Source: Candidatus Caldarchaeum sp. (GTDB lineage: Archaea; Thermoproteota; Nitrososphaeria_A; Caldarchaeales; Caldarchaeaceae). Taken from it: DNA of 50,099 bases. Within the stretch, counting starts at the first letter, position 1, and every line of letters begins with the position of its first letter. Position numbers and translations under genes: made by a program. Location: positions 1 to 50,099 of the forward strand of contig JAWBKB010000012.1 of assembly GCA_038831915.1 (NCBI GenBank), written 5' to 3'. The notes under the pieces are model-generated. The model had not been told where the DNA came from. It ran no database searches and saw nothing but the letters and a program-made list of their open reading frames with translations. Positions 20,760 through 31,373 of this stretch are shown one piece after another.

Positions 20760-21188
20760 TTGGGTAACGGTGAATTCGCCGCCCGTCACTTGAAGAAAGT
20801 CCGCAACCGGTTCAGATGGGCTATCAGAAAGTATCGAATTCGAATGCTGGGATTGAAGGAGAAGACTGACCCTCTTGAAGGCGCTCCCATGGCCCGTGGC
20901 ATAGTTGTTCAAAAAGTCGGAATTGAGTCGAGGCAGCCGAACTCAGCTGTTCGAAAATGTGTCCGCGTCCAGCTCATCAAAAACAGCAAAGTGGTGACGG
21001 CTTTTCTCCCCGGAGACGGAGCCCTTAACGTCGTCGACGAACACGATGAAGTCATCATAGAGGGTATCGGCGGCTCCATGGGAAAGTCGATGGGTGATTT
21101 GCCGGGTGTGAGATATAAGGTCACGATGGTTAACGGAGCTCCTCTCAACCTATTGATAACGGGCGAAGTAAAGAAACCGAAGAGATAA
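20760..21188 (+). CDS. rps12: 30S ribosomal protein uS12 (archaeal S12/S23e type)
   Basis: [41 protein letters not shown]; TTG start. Confidence 0.95.
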   Translation: MGNGEFAARHLKKVRNRFRWAIRKYRIRMLGLKEKTDPLEGAPMARGIVVQKVGIESRQPNSAVRKCVRVQLIKNSKVVTAFLPGDGALNVVDEHDEVIIEGIGGSMGKSMGDLPGVRYKVTMVNGAPLNLLITGEVKKPKR

Positions 21189-21201
21189 TTATCGTTTGGG
21201 C

Positions 21202-22209
21202 TTATTCGCGGATGTATGGTTTTCCAAGTGCTTTAGGAAATCTTCTCGAAGCTGCGAAAGCGGCGAGAATCGCGATGGTTAGCAAGTATGGAATCATTTG
21301 GATGAAATGAAACGGCACAGCCTCTTTCACTCCCGGTGTCACCACCACTGTGAATGCTACTCCTTCAGCGAAACCAAAGATGAAAGTTGCGGCTAAGGCT
21401 GTCACAGGGTTGAGGCCTGAAAAAACGACAGCTGCCAAAGCGATGAATCCCCGACCTGCTGTGATTTCTTTGACTAGGCCGCCGAACCATCCCAGAGGCA
21501 TGAAAGCACCGCCCAAGCCCGCCAGAAAACCCCCTAAAATGCTGGCTAAAATTCGCGTCCGTGCTACGCTGTGGCCCGCTACGTCCACTGATTCGGGTTT
21601 TTCACCGACGGCGCGTAGCCGGAGGCCGAACAAGGTTCGGTAGAGTAGCAGGGCAGCGAGAAACGCCGCGGCGATTGCTATCAGCGTTATAGGGCTTACG
21701 GCGAGTTCTCCTCCGGGAAAAGGAATTGATATTCGGGGAACTACGAGTTGCCGCGAGAAGACGTGTATCCCAGGAAAAGCCCAGATCGCCATGAGCAAAT
21801 ATTGGAAAAGTCCCGAGCCCATGATGTTGAGAGCCATGCCTGCGATAATTTGTTCGGCTCTGCCGTAGTTGTATAATAGACCGAGAGAACCTCCGACCAA
21901 TGCTCCGAAAATTCCGCCGGCGAGAATTCCTAAAACTCCTGAATTAAATACTTCAGCCCAGTAAACACCAGCTACGGCTGATATCAGGAAGATGCCTTCG
22001 ATTCCGATGTTAATCTGGCCCGATTTTTCGTTGATGCATTCGCCTACCGCGGCCAAAGCGAGAGGTGTCATTACAAGTAATCCGGTTTCGATAAGGCGTG
22101 CGGGCCTCATTCCAACGTTTTGCAAAACATAAAGAGTTACGGCTACGGCTGCAAACCCCGCGAGCAACCAGAAAACTCTGACGTTAAAGATTCGTCTCCT
22201 ATCCGACAA
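21202..22209 (-). CDS. Nucleoside ABC transporter permease 2
   Basis: EKSGQINIGIEG, GLRLRAVGEKP, AGRGFIALAA, IPYLLT. Confidence 0.88.
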   Translation of the reverse strand: MSDRRRIFNVRVFWLLAGFAAVAVTLYVLQNVGMRPARLIETGLLVMTPLALAAVGECINEKSGQINIGIEGIFLISAVAGVYWAEVFNSGVLGILAGGIFGALVGGSLGLLYNYGRAEQIIAGMALNIMGSGLFQYLLMAIWAFPGIHVFSRQLVVPRISIPFPGGELAVSPITLIAIAAAFLAALLLYRTLFGLRLRAVGEKPESVDVAGHSVARTRILASILGGFLAGLGGAFMPLGWFGGLVKEITAGRGFIALAAVVFSGLNPVTALAATFIFGFAEGVAFTVVVTPGVKEAVPFHFIQMIPYLLTIAILAAFAASRRFPKALGKPYIRE

Positions 22210-23281
22210 CCGCCTCCCTCTTTCTTCGCAGTGGTTTGCTGAAGATTTGTATCAAGCTGGGTAAAGCGAGGGCGAGGATTATGATACCGTTGATTGCTCT
22301 CACGAGTTCGGATGCTACTCCGACGTGGAATTCCATGAAACGGCCTCCGTGAAGCAGGCCTCCGTAGAAAATGCCGGCGAAAATTATTCCTATGGGGTGG
22401 TTTCGGCCGATTAGCGAAACACCTATTCCTTCGAAGCCGAGGTTCATCAAGTTACCCATCGTGGCGAAGACGGTCCAGTGGGGAGGCCGTCCAAGAACTT
22501 GGGACGCCCCCGCCATTCCAGCCATCATGCCGCCAATTAGAAAGCTCATTATGATTGATTTGTTGATGCTGATTCCCGCATATCTAGCTGCCTCTGGGTT
22601 GTAGCCCACAACTCTTAACTCATATCCCAAAGTTGTGCGCCAGATGATGAAGTAGACGAGGATGGCGAGGGCGATGACTACGGGGAAAACCGTCGTAAGT
22701 GACGCGCCTATGACGGTGTATCTTGCGGTTTCCTGGACTGGCACGGCTCTTTCCGCTCGTGCCGGGTCAGCAAGCTGGTAAGTGATGAGATATGTGACGA
22801 GCCAGAAAGCAACCCAGTTGAGCATGATGGTTGAAACAACTTCATGGACGCCTCGAGTTATTTTGAGAACCGCTACTGGAAGGCTCCACAGACCGGCTAT
22901 TATCATGGCGAAAAGTGTTGCGGCGATTAGATGTATCCCGGGCGGAAGTGAGAACGCCCCGCCTACGTAGACGGCGGCTATTGCTCCGATGTACATTTGT
23001 CCTTCAGCGCCTATGTTGAACAATCCCGACCGGATTCCGACCGCGAATGCTATAGCAGTCAGGATGAGCGGAGTTGCGAAAGCTAATGTTTCCAAAATTC
23101 CGGAAAGATCGCCAAAAGCTCCGACGAATAGAGCCTGGTAAGCCGCGACAAAATCGTATCCATAAAGTGACATCAGCAGGGCTCCACTGAGAAGCCCTAG
23201 TGCCGCAGCGAGCACTGATTCAGCCGCTTTAGAAAGTAATCTACGTCTTCCTGATGAGGAAAAAATAAGTGGTTTTGTCAT
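22199..23281 (-). CDS. Nucleoside ABC transporter permease 1
   Basis: GLFNIGAEGQ, HEVVSTIMLN, NPEAARYAGI, GRNHP. Confidence 0.88.
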   Translation of the reverse strand: MTKPLIFSSSGRRRLLSKAAESVLAAALGLLSGALLMSLYGYDFVAAYQALFVGAFGDLSGILETLAFATPLILTAIAFAVGIRSGLFNIGAEGQMYIGAIAAVYVGGAFSLPPGIHLIAATLFAMIIAGLWSLPVAVLKITRGVHEVVSTIMLNWVAFWLVTYLITYQLADPARAERAVPVQETARYTVIGASLTTVFPVVIALAILVYFIIWRTTLGYELRVVGYNPEAARYAGISINKSIIMSFLIGGMMAGMAGASQVLGRPPHWTVFATMGNLMNLGFEGIGVSLIGRNHPIGIIFAGIFYGGLLHGGRFMEFHVGVASELVRAINGIIILALALPSLIQIFSKPLRRKREAVVG

Positions 23282-23296
23282 GATGCGGTTCGTGTT

Positions 23297-24787
23297 TTAT
23301 CCGAGGAGTTCTCGCCAGCGGTCCACTGCTTCTTTTGTAATCACCATCGGGACTTCTGCTTGTCCGCTTCTTATCTTAGATTCAAGCTCGGTCAAAGCAT
23401 CCCATATCCATGTTGGCAGGCTTTCACGCATTTCAGTGACTTTTCGCCTGATTTCGGCCGGAGGCATTGGCAGAACTTTCTTTCCCGTCAGTCTTTCCGC
23501 CTCCACGCCCATTTGGATGAATTCATCCAAGTCTCCGAGGGTGCTAACAGAAATGCCTTCCATCGACAACCGACCTATGCGTGTTCCTATTCCAAGAGTT
23601 AGCACGCCGTTAGATTCGGCTACGACTTCTCTGAATTTGCCGATGACGGTGAGCAAAGTCGCGTAGTAAACTCCTCTGTCGACTCGTTTCATCATGCTTG
23701 CTATGATGAATCCTGGGTTTATCCAGTCTTGGTTTGCGTCTACTCCTATCCAGAAAGGCGGCCCGTTTGTCAGCCTGCGTTCGGTCGCTATTTCTTGAAC
23801 GGCTTGGTTGATGCCGAGCCCGAGCGGGCCTGCGATGTTGTAAACCGCGATGGCTCCTTGCTCGAACATGGGTTTGGACGCGGCATATCCTTTGGTGATG
23901 TCGCTGAACGTGCCGGTGTAAGTCCAGAGTACTCGTCCCTTGTACCAGCACTGTTCACTAGCTGGGCAGTACAGACCATCCCTCCATCCAGGGCCCGAAC
24001 CATATCTGCCATCACCACCTATCACAGGTGCTCTACGACCGAACCTTTGTTCATACCATTTCAGCCCCCAGTCGCATCCCCACTTGTACCCGATTTCAAA
24101 CTTCCAGAGAACAGGTATTTCGATGCCGAAAACTCCGCCGATGTATGGATAGTTTCCCCCTCTTTCATTATAGTATGCGGCAACAAGGCATCCAAGCGCC
24201 CCCACCATGGCACTGCCCTTGTGCTCCTCATAAACGATGTCGATCATGTTGGGCAGGGGCTTGCCTAAACTGCTTACTGCAAGTGTTTGAGTAAAGGTGT
24301 CGATGCCGGCGAAGTTTTTGTCAGGGTATCTTTTCGCGACTTCCAGAAGTGCTTCGCTCAGCAGAAAGCCGACACCGACTATCAGTTTAACGTCGGGGTC
24401 TTTTGCGGCTGTTTCAAGGTTTGGAACGTAGTCCGCCTCGCTTTTGCTAATTAATTCAACCATCACAACGCCGAAATCCTTCTCAGCCTCATCTCCTCCC
24501 TTAAACGCCATGTCGTTAAACGAGAGGTCGCCTCTTCCACCTATGTCCGACACTACAGCGATTTTGATTTTCCCAGGAGCTACTGGTCTTTCAACTGTTA
24601 CAGTCGAAGTGCGGACGACCGTGGTGGTGAGGACAGCTCCTTCGCCGACCGTTCGCGTAACGGTAACGGTTTGCAGTGCCCCAACCTGTTGACCCACTTG
24701 AACCCAGCCAACACCGGCAACGATCACGGCGACAACCAAGAGAACAGCCAAAATAGATTCGGTTCTCGTTAATCCTCTATCACTCAT
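23297..24787 (-). CDS. BMP/PnrA-family nucleoside-binding protein, N-terminal TM anchor and Thr-rich linker
   Basis: GGRGDLSFND, WIGVDANQ, SMMKRVD. Confidence 0.88.
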   Translation of the reverse strand: MSDRGLTRTESILAVLLVVAVIVAGVGWVQVGQQVGALQTVTVTRTVGEGAVLTTTVVRTSTVTVERPVAPGKIKIAVVSDIGGRGDLSFNDMAFKGGDEAEKDFGVVMVELISKSEADYVPNLETAAKDPDVKLIVGVGFLLSEALLEVAKRYPDKNFAGIDTFTQTLAVSSLGKPLPNMIDIVYEEHKGSAMVGALGCLVAAYYNERGGNYPYIGGVFGIEIPVLWKFEIGYKWGCDWGLKWYEQRFGRRAPVIGGDGRYGSGPGWRDGLYCPASEQCWYKGRVLWTYTGTFSDITKGYAASKPMFEQGAIAVYNIAGPLGLGINQAVQEIATERRLTNGPPFWIGVDANQDWINPGFIIASMMKRVDRGVYYATLLTVIGKFREVVAESNGVLTLGIGTRIGRLSMEGISVSTLGDLDEFIQMGVEAERLTGKKVLPMPPAEIRRKVTEMRESLPTWIWDALTELESKIRSGQAEVPMVITKEAVDRWRELLG

Positions 24788-24857
24788 CAGTTCAACATGC
24801 TAAGCAACGTATATAAATTTTTTAGAAACTTTCGAATGTCTCGCTCCACTACCTTAA

Positions 24858-25703
24858 TTATCGGAGTTTCTTCACGACCGACATCAGAGTTTTCACTCTC
24901 GCGAGCTCAACAGGGTTCCAGAAAACTCCGTCCTTCCGCATGTAAGAACCGACTATCGCGCCGTCAGCAACTTTGAGAAGTGTTTCAGCGTTTGTTGCGT
25001 TGAGCCCGCTTCCGATAAGCACTGGTAATGAAGTGGCTTGTTTGGCTTTCACGACGCGTTCCAAAGGTGTTTCTGCCCCTGTTCTTGTTCCTGAAACTAT
25101 AATGGCGTCGGCGTCGAAAAACTCGACGTCGGCAACCTGCTCTTCGAAAGGCCTGTCGCTTATTATGAAATGACTTCCGTGCTTCACATGCACATCGGCG
25201 AAAACTTTCACATCGTAGGCTCTCAAGTTGGCCCGGTATCTGAGTGCTTTATGGGCTATGGCTTCTACGAATCCTTCGTCAGCTATGTAGGCGTTAGCCC
25301 ATTCGGCCGCACGAACCCATCTTGCTCCAGATGCGACGCATGCGGCCATGGCTTGAATGACGCCGTTGGCGAGACAACAGATTCCAACCGGCATTCCGGT
25401 TGCTTTACGGATTTCACGGGCCACGACGGCGAGGAAAGCTGTGGTTTCATGTCCGATTTCGTCAGGCTTGAGATAAGGGTAGTCGCCTATGTTCTCCACC
25501 TGTAGTCCATCAACTTCTCCGGCTTTGAGAAGCTCGGCGTCCCTTAACGCATACTCGATGATATCCTCCATCGCAGCACCGGCGTAACGGGGGGAGCCGG
25601 GAAGAGGTGGTAAATGTATCATGGCTATGATTGGTTTGGGGTTTTTGAAGAGTTGTTTCAGAGCGTCGGGTTTCATCGGAAGAAGAGGCTGCGGCACAAT
25701 CAT
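24858..25703 (-). CDS. BtpA/SgcQ family TIM-barrel protein (copy 1)
   Basis: IAMIHLPPLPGSP, VENIGDYP, ADVHVKH, SGTRTG, IGSG, DGAIVGS. Confidence 0.85.
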   Translation of the reverse strand: MIVPQPLLPMKPDALKQLFKNPKPIIAMIHLPPLPGSPRYAGAAMEDIIEYALRDAELLKAGEVDGLQVENIGDYPYLKPDEIGHETTAFLAVVAREIRKATGMPVGICCLANGVIQAMAACVASGARWVRAAEWANAYIADEGFVEAIAHKALRYRANLRAYDVKVFADVHVKHGSHFIISDRPFEEQVADVEFFDADAIIVSGTRTGAETPLERVVKAKQATSLPVLIGSGLNATNAETLLKVADGAIVGSYMRKDGVFWNPVELARVKTLMSVVKKLR

Positions 25704-26615
25704 TTATTTTCGCGCCGGCAAAAATACTTTGTCTATTCTCCCTCCAATAACCTGAGATGCTCGTGCACCGAGTTCAACTGCCGTGCGACCGCATCTCTCA
25801 AATGTTGAACCTTTTAAAAGCTCGTAGATAAAACCGGCTGTGAATGCGTCGCCGGCACCCGTTGTGTCCACCGGTCGTACTCTTTTGGCCGGAATCTTCA
25901 CTACTTCGCCGGTCTCCGTCGAAATCATGCATCCGTCTTTCCCCCTCTTCAGCACTACGACACAGTTCCACAGAGAAGAAAGCTCTGGAACCGATTTGAC
26001 ATCCATTTGTGTGGAAAGAATTTCGAATTCCTGAACATTCATGAAAACGTAATCCATCACAGAAGCTGTCCGCTTCAGTATTCTTGTCCGAGTTGCGAGA
26101 GGAACGCACAAATCCATGGAAAGCAGGCAGCCGCTTCCGACAACGTCGTCAAGAATTTTGAATGCTGTTTCTTTTTGGCTGTTTTCGAGGAAGCTGTATC
26201 CGCTGAAAAATATGGCGTCGATGTTTTTGATTGCCTTTCGGATTCGCTCGTTGTATTGAAGATGTTTGTTGGCTCCGCGGTATGCCAACATCGTTCTTTC
26301 TCCGTCGGCTGTGACGAAAATGTACACAACTCCCGTAATGTCTTGAGAGGTCGACTGAATGCATGAAATGTCTATTCCAGTCTTCGCCAAATCGGTAACC
26401 AGCGTTTTCCCGATAAGGTCCCTGCCCACACATCCAGTCATCACGACGTTCAAACCAAGTAGCGCAAATGCGTGAGCGATGTTTGCCGCAGAACCTCCAT
26501 GCCTAAAGAACGCTTTTTGAGCCAATTCTTCCGCTCCTTTCGCTGGAAATTTGCTGTGAAAAGCTATGATGTCGAAATTAATGTCTCCCACGACCGCCAC
26601 CCTTCCTAAAGCCAA
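25704..26615 (-). CDS. PfkB-family carbohydrate/nucleoside kinase
   Basis: GGSAANIA and VDTTGAGDAF signatures. Confidence 0.88.
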   Translation of the reverse strand: MALGRVAVVGDINFDIIAFHSKFPAKGAEELAQKAFFRHGGSAANIAHAFALLGLNVVMTGCVGRDLIGKTLVTDLAKTGIDISCIQSTSQDITGVVYIFVTADGERTMLAYRGANKHLQYNERIRKAIKNIDAIFFSGYSFLENSQKETAFKILDDVVGSGCLLSMDLCVPLATRTRILKRTASVMDYVFMNVQEFEILSTQMDVKSVPELSSLWNCVVVLKRGKDGCMISTETGEVVKIPAKRVRPVDTTGAGDAFTAGFIYELLKGSTFERCGRTAVELGARASQVIGGRIDKVFLPARK

Positions 26616-26728
26616 GCCGGTTCACGTAAAGCTGGCGACAGACTTTTTATGCGTTGTTTCGTAAGGCATCACATCAGATATCAAAACTCATGCTAACAGT
26701 TATATCTCTCTGCGTTCAAGGCGACTTG

Positions 26729-27136
26729 ATGGCGACATATTCCGAACTTCTTTTTCATGCACGCAGAGCGATGCAGCATTCCTACGCACCTTATTCGAGA
26801 TTTCGAGTGGGTGCTGCGCTGCTCACAGGAGATGATGAAATAGTTACTGGATGTAACGTTGAGAACGCGAGCTACGGTCTTTCAAACTGTGCTGAAAGAA
26901 CTGCGGTCTTTAGAGCTGTGTCTGAAGGAATGAAATTTTTCAAAGCAATCGCTGTTGTTTCCAGTCGAAGCAACCCAGTTTACCCATGTGGGGCATGCAG
27001 ACAGGTCCTCTATGAATTCAACCCACGGATGAAAATAGTCGTCGAAGGGCGTGGAGGAAAACCCATTGTTTCATCGCTCTTAAGGATGCTGCCCTCCGGA
27101 TTCGGTCCCCAAAACCTCGCGAAACTTAGGCGGTGA
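26729..27136 (+). CDS. cdd: Cytidine deaminase (homotetrameric type)
   Basis: YAPYSRFRVGAA, GCNVENASYG..CAE, PCGACRQ. Start set at ATG 26729. Confidence 0.93.
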   Translation: MATYSELLFHARRAMQHSYAPYSRFRVGAALLTGDDEIVTGCNVENASYGLSNCAERTAVFRAVSEGMKFFKAIAVVSSRSNPVYPCGACRQVLYEFNPRMKIVVEGRGGKPIVSSLLRMLPSGFGPQNLAKLRR

Positions 27137-28080
27137 CATTCATGCTGCGTCTTATAATAGATACGGACACGGCGGGCGACGATACCATTTCGGTGTTGCT
27201 GGCGTTGAAATGGCCCGGCGTTAAGGTCGAAGCCGTCACAGTCGTGTGCGGCAACGTGGAATTCAACCAAGAGGTTGAAAACGCACTATACACCGTTGAA
27301 AAATTCGCGCGATACCATGTCCCTGTTTATCCGGGATGCGACAGGCCGCTTCTCAAATCATGGAAATACGCGGACTATGTTCATGGTAAAGATGGGATGG
27401 GTGAAAACTATTTCCCCAAAGCTCGGCAAAGGCCCGAAAATAAACACGCGGTTCAAGCCTTGCTGGAGCTGGTCAACTCCTCACCAGGCGAATACACCAT
27501 CATCGCTCAAGGCCCTTTGACCAACATCGCGACTGCAATCCTTTTGGACAGAAATTTCGTCAAAAACGTGAAACGGTTATATGTTATGGGTGGTTTTGCA
27601 GATGGATTTGGCAACGTAACTCCCGCGGCTGAATACAACTTCTGGGTAGACCCTGACGCCGCAAAAATCGTTTTCAACTCCGGCATCAACCCGTTCATGG
27701 TTGGCTGGGATATCGCTGTCAAATACAGTGTGGTGGAAGAATCGATGCACAAAGAAATAGCGAAATGGGGAACGCCTGAAGCTGATTTCTTCGTGAAAGT
27801 CAACCGTAAAGTCATCGAATTCGAGAAAAAAACTATGGGGTTGGCAGGCAGCACCCATCCAGACACGATCACAACGGCTATAGCGATTGAGCCGAAGGTC
27901 GCGACGAAAGTGGCGAGAAGGTTCGTGGATGTAGAAAACATCAGCGAGCTGACACGCGGAATGTCGGTCGTCGACCATCTCAACGTCTTAGGCAGAGAAC
28001 CAAATGCCGATGTGTGCTACGAAGCAGACAACCGACTATTCAGAGAAATGCTCTTCAAAGTTTTGAAAGGCTCTGATTGA
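27133..28080 (+). CDS. Nucleoside hydrolase (IU-NH family)
   Basis: DTDTAGDD, VHGKDG, GPLTN, AEYNFWVDP, HPD. Confidence 0.92.
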   Translation: MTFMLRLIIDTDTAGDDTISVLLALKWPGVKVEAVTVVCGNVEFNQEVENALYTVEKFARYHVPVYPGCDRPLLKSWKYADYVHGKDGMGENYFPKARQRPENKHAVQALLELVNSSPGEYTIIAQGPLTNIATAILLDRNFVKNVKRLYVMGGFADGFGNVTPAAEYNFWVDPDAAKIVFNSGINPFMVGWDIAVKYSVVEESMHKEIAKWGTPEADFFVKVNRKVIEFEKKTMGLAGSTHPDTITTAIAIEPKVATKVARRFVDVENISELTRGMSVVDHLNVLGREPNADVCYEADNRLFREMLFKVLKGSD

Positions 28081-28093
28081 GGAGGTGTGACTA

Positions 28094-28783
28094 ATGGAAA
28101 AATATTCGCCGGAATATATCGCTTCAAGGATTCAGCACACCAACGTATCGCCCGACGCTACGCGTAAAGACATCGAAAAGCTTTGCCGTGAATGCGTTCA
28201 GTATGGTTTCAGCTCGGCAGTGGTTAACCCGATTTGGGTCAAAACAGCCGTCAACCTTCTTCGTGGAACAAGTGTGAAAGTTTCGGCAGCCCTCAACTTC
28301 CCCATCGGCGCCTCGTCGACCATAGCGAAAGCCGTTGAAATCCGCAACTGCGTAGCAGCTGGCTGCGACGAATTCGACATCATGCTAAACATCGGCTACC
28401 TCAAATCCGGAATGATAGACGAATTCCGTAAAGACGTTGAAACCATGGTAGAATCCGCGGACAGCCGAATAGTCAAAGCAATTCTCGAAACATCCATACT
28501 AACGCCTGAAGAGCTCAAGGTTGCGGCGCAAATTTGCGAGGAATGCGGAGTTCACTACATTAAGAATTCAAGCGGATGGGGAAAAGGCGGGCCCGCAACA
28601 CCTGAAGTCATCCGTTTGCTACGAAGCCTGGTCAGCTCTAAAGTAGGTGTGAAAGCTTCAGGCGGTATAAGAGATAGGGAAACAGCTGTGAAATTGTTGG
28701 AAGCAGGAGCAGACCTCCTCGGGACGAGTCGTGGAGTGCAGATAATTTTGGGAACGGGTGTCGGTGAGGAGGTTCAGTACTGA
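28094..28783 (+). CDS. deoC: Deoxyribose-phosphate aldolase
   Basis: FPIG, VKAILET, Schiff-base Lys in IKNSSG, VKASGGIR, GTS. Confidence 0.88.
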   Translation: MEKYSPEYIASRIQHTNVSPDATRKDIEKLCRECVQYGFSSAVVNPIWVKTAVNLLRGTSVKVSAALNFPIGASSTIAKAVEIRNCVAAGCDEFDIMLNIGYLKSGMIDEFRKDVETMVESADSRIVKAILETSILTPEELKVAAQICEECGVHYIKNSSGWGKGGPATPEVIRLLRSLVSSKVGVKASGGIRDRETAVKLLEAGADLLGTSRGVQIILGTGVGEEVQY

Positions 28784-28784
28784 A

Positions 28785-29741
28785 ATGGTTGGAAAAGTAG
28801 CTGTTCTCGCGAGCTACAACACAGGCTTCGTGGTTTACGTGGATAGGCTTCCGGTCGAAGGTGAAACGCTCCCGGGCCGAAATTTCCGAATGGAACATGG
28901 GGGTAAGGGCTCAAACCAAGCGATACAAGCCGCGAAATTGGGTTGCCGAACATCTGTCGTCGCCCGACTCGGCAACGATATCTTCGCGGAAAGAGCGCTG
29001 CAGAAATGGCGGGCTGAAAACATCGATACGAAACACGTGGTGAGGGATAGTGATGCTCCCACGGGGGTCGGAGTAGTAATCGTCGGCTCGGAAGGCCGGA
29101 ACATGATTGTGGTCGACCTCGGTGCAAACAAGAAGCTCTCAAAAGAAGATGTGTCAGCGGCTGAACAGATGCTGTCAGAGTCAGCCGTCGTGCTCGCCCA
29201 ACTCGAAATCCCAATAGAAACGGCCCTCTACGGACTGCAAATCAGCGACGCCATCAAAATTCTCAACCCGGCTCCAGCGGCTCAAATTTCTCCAGAACAG
29301 TTACGCGGCTTAGACATCATAACGCCCAATGAAGTCGAAATCATGACGATGGCGGGTAAACCGCTAAACATGTCTGAAATCGTCCAAGTCGCTGAAAAAT
29401 ACGCCAAATACGTTGACAACGTCATAGTTACGCTGGGAAGTGAAGGAGCTTTAGTCGTCGGCGACAGAGGAAACGTACATGTTAAACCGCCTCGAATAAA
29501 GGCTGTCGACAGCACTGGCGCTGGAGATGCTTTCAACGGTGCTTTAGCCGCTGCCTTGTCCCGTGGCTACGATTTACTTGAAGCCGTTGAGTATGCGTGT
29601 TTCGCCGGGGCCTTTTTGACCGCGCGGTTTAAAGGCGGCGAGCTTGTTGACGCATTGCCAACCGAAGCCGAGTTGGGGAAGTTTATTTCTAAGCACGCTG
29701 ACTCCATGATGTATGTCGGCAAAAGAGCCTCGGGCAGGTGA
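28785..29741 (+). CDS. rbsK: Ribokinase
   Basis: GGKGSNQA, QLEIP, LNPAPA, TPNEVE, VDSTGAGDAF. Start set at ATG 28785. Confidence 0.88.
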   Translation: MVGKVAVLASYNTGFVVYVDRLPVEGETLPGRNFRMEHGGKGSNQAIQAAKLGCRTSVVARLGNDIFAERALQKWRAENIDTKHVVRDSDAPTGVGVVIVGSEGRNMIVVDLGANKKLSKEDVSAAEQMLSESAVVLAQLEIPIETALYGLQISDAIKILNPAPAAQISPEQLRGLDIITPNEVEIMTMAGKPLNMSEIVQVAEKYAKYVDNVIVTLGSEGALVVGDRGNVHVKPPRIKAVDSTGAGDAFNGALAAALSRGYDLLEAVEYACFAGAFLTARFKGGELVDALPTEAELGKFISKHADSMMYVGKRASGR

Positions 29742-30540
29742 GGAATTCTACCATGTCCGCGTCAAAATAGGCGAAATAGCTCCATACGTTTTGATGCCCG
29801 GAGACCCTGAACGCGTTCCTAAAATCGCCCAATTCTGGGACGAAGCCCGCGAAATCTCTTTTCACAGAGAATACAAAGTATGGCATGGGAAGGCAGGGAA
29901 TGTGGCTATTTCAGCTTGTTCCACAGGGATAGGAGCGCCTTCCACGGTTCTCGCTGTCGAGGAGTTGGCGCGTGCGGGATGCCATACATTCATTCGGGTG
30001 GGAAGCTGCGGCGCGTTACAACCCGGCATCGAAATAGGAGACCAAATCATCACCACTGCAGCCGTACGGCTGGAGGGGACGTCTAGTCAATACGTCTTGC
30101 CGGGATATCCAGCGCATGCAAGCTACGAAGTGGTGCTGGCTCTCGTTGAAGCCGCGGAAACCCTCGGGGTAAACTATCACGTTGGCGTCACAGCTTCGAC
30201 CGATAGCTTCTACACTGGACAAGGTAGGCCTGGATTCAGGAATTATTGGTGGAGCTTTTCGAAAAGCATTTTGGAGGATTTGAAGGCGATGAACGTGCTC
30301 AACCTAGAGATGGAAGCCTCGGCGTTGCTCACCGTTGCTTCGCTTTACGGCCTGCGTGCTGGCGCTGTGTGCACGGTTTTCGCTAATAGAGTGAACGATA
30401 CCTTCGGTGTAAAAGGGGAAGAGACGGCTGCTAAAGTTGCGACAGAAACCGTCAAAATTCTCGCCGAATGGGATGAAATCAAGCAGAAGAAAGGGAAAAA
30501 ATATCTAACCGCATCCATGCTCAAACTCTCAAAGCCCTGA
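29713..30540 (+). CDS. udp: Uridine phosphorylase
   Basis: PGDPERV, STGIGAPS, IRVGSCG, DSFYTGQ, EMEAS. Confidence 0.9.
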   Translation: MSAKEPRAGEEFYHVRVKIGEIAPYVLMPGDPERVPKIAQFWDEAREISFHREYKVWHGKAGNVAISACSTGIGAPSTVLAVEELARAGCHTFIRVGSCGALQPGIEIGDQIITTAAVRLEGTSSQYVLPGYPAHASYEVVLALVEAAETLGVNYHVGVTASTDSFYTGQGRPGFRNYWWSFSKSILEDLKAMNVLNLEMEASALLTVASLYGLRAGAVCTVFANRVNDTFGVKGEETAAKVATETVKILAEWDEIKQKKGKKYLTASMLKLSKP

Positions 30541-31339
30541 CGACGCTCATCAACAGCCTAACTCGTTCCAAGTCAACGGGGTTGAACAATTCGCCGACAC
30601 GCTTAAAATAAGTTCCAACTATTGCCCCATCTGCTACTTTGAGAAGCCGATGAACATTCTCCAAGTTCACCCCGCTGCCAACCAATACAGGTTTCTTCGC
30701 GAGCTGTTTCGCCTCCACAACTCTTTGGTATGGGGTTTCAGCTGAGGTTCTGGTTCCAGACAAGATTACGGCGTCTGCTCCTAGCTCCTCTACCCTTGTG
30801 ACATGATATGAAAGCGGAATGTCGGAAACAATTACATGGCTGCCGTGTTTTACCAAGACGTCAGCGAAAATTTTCACATCAGGCCCTAGGAATGTTCTTT
30901 TTCTTTCCGCTTTCGGGGCTGAAGCCTCTATGTATCCCTCGTCGGCGATATACGCCAAGTTGTACATGTTTGCTCTTACCCAAGAAGCTCCTGATGCTTT
31001 CACGGCGAAGAGCGATTCAACGACGGCGTTGGCCAAAACGAAAATACCGGTCGGAAGGCCAGTTGCTTTCTTCACTTCATTAGCAACGCATGCCACAAGC
31101 GAGACGACGGCGGAATCGACTTTTCCCGGTTTCATGAAAGGTGCGTCGCCGAAATTTTCCACCTGAACACCGTCGACGCCGCCGCTCTTCAGCGCCTCAG
31201 CATCCATTAACGCGTTCTCGAAAACATCTTCGACGCTGACGCTTTTAGACGAACCAGGGAGAGGCGTTAGATGAACCATGCCTATCACGGGCTTGTCCAC
31301 CCCGAAAACGTCGACAAGATTCACAACCATGGTCTGCAT
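30521..31339 (-). CDS. BtpA/SgcQ family TIM-barrel protein (copy 2)
   Basis: IGMVHLTPLPG, VENFGDAP, ADVLVKH, SGTRT. Start shortened to ATG 31339 (or 31330) to avoid overlap with the divergent gene. Confidence 0.85.
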   Translation of the reverse strand: MQTMVVNLVDVFGVDKPVIGMVHLTPLPGSSKSVSVEDVFENALMDAEALKSGGVDGVQVENFGDAPFMKPGKVDSAVVSLVACVANEVKKATGLPTGIFVLANAVVESLFAVKASGASWVRANMYNLAYIADEGYIEASAPKAERKRTFLGPDVKIFADVLVKHGSHVIVSDIPLSYHVTRVEELGADAVILSGTRTSAETPYQRVVEAKQLAKKPVLVGSGVNLENVHRLLKVADGAIVGTYFKRVGELFNPVDLERVRLLMSVVRALRV

Positions 31340-31373
31340 CGGATGTTTATAAACCAGGAAAAACACAGAAAAA

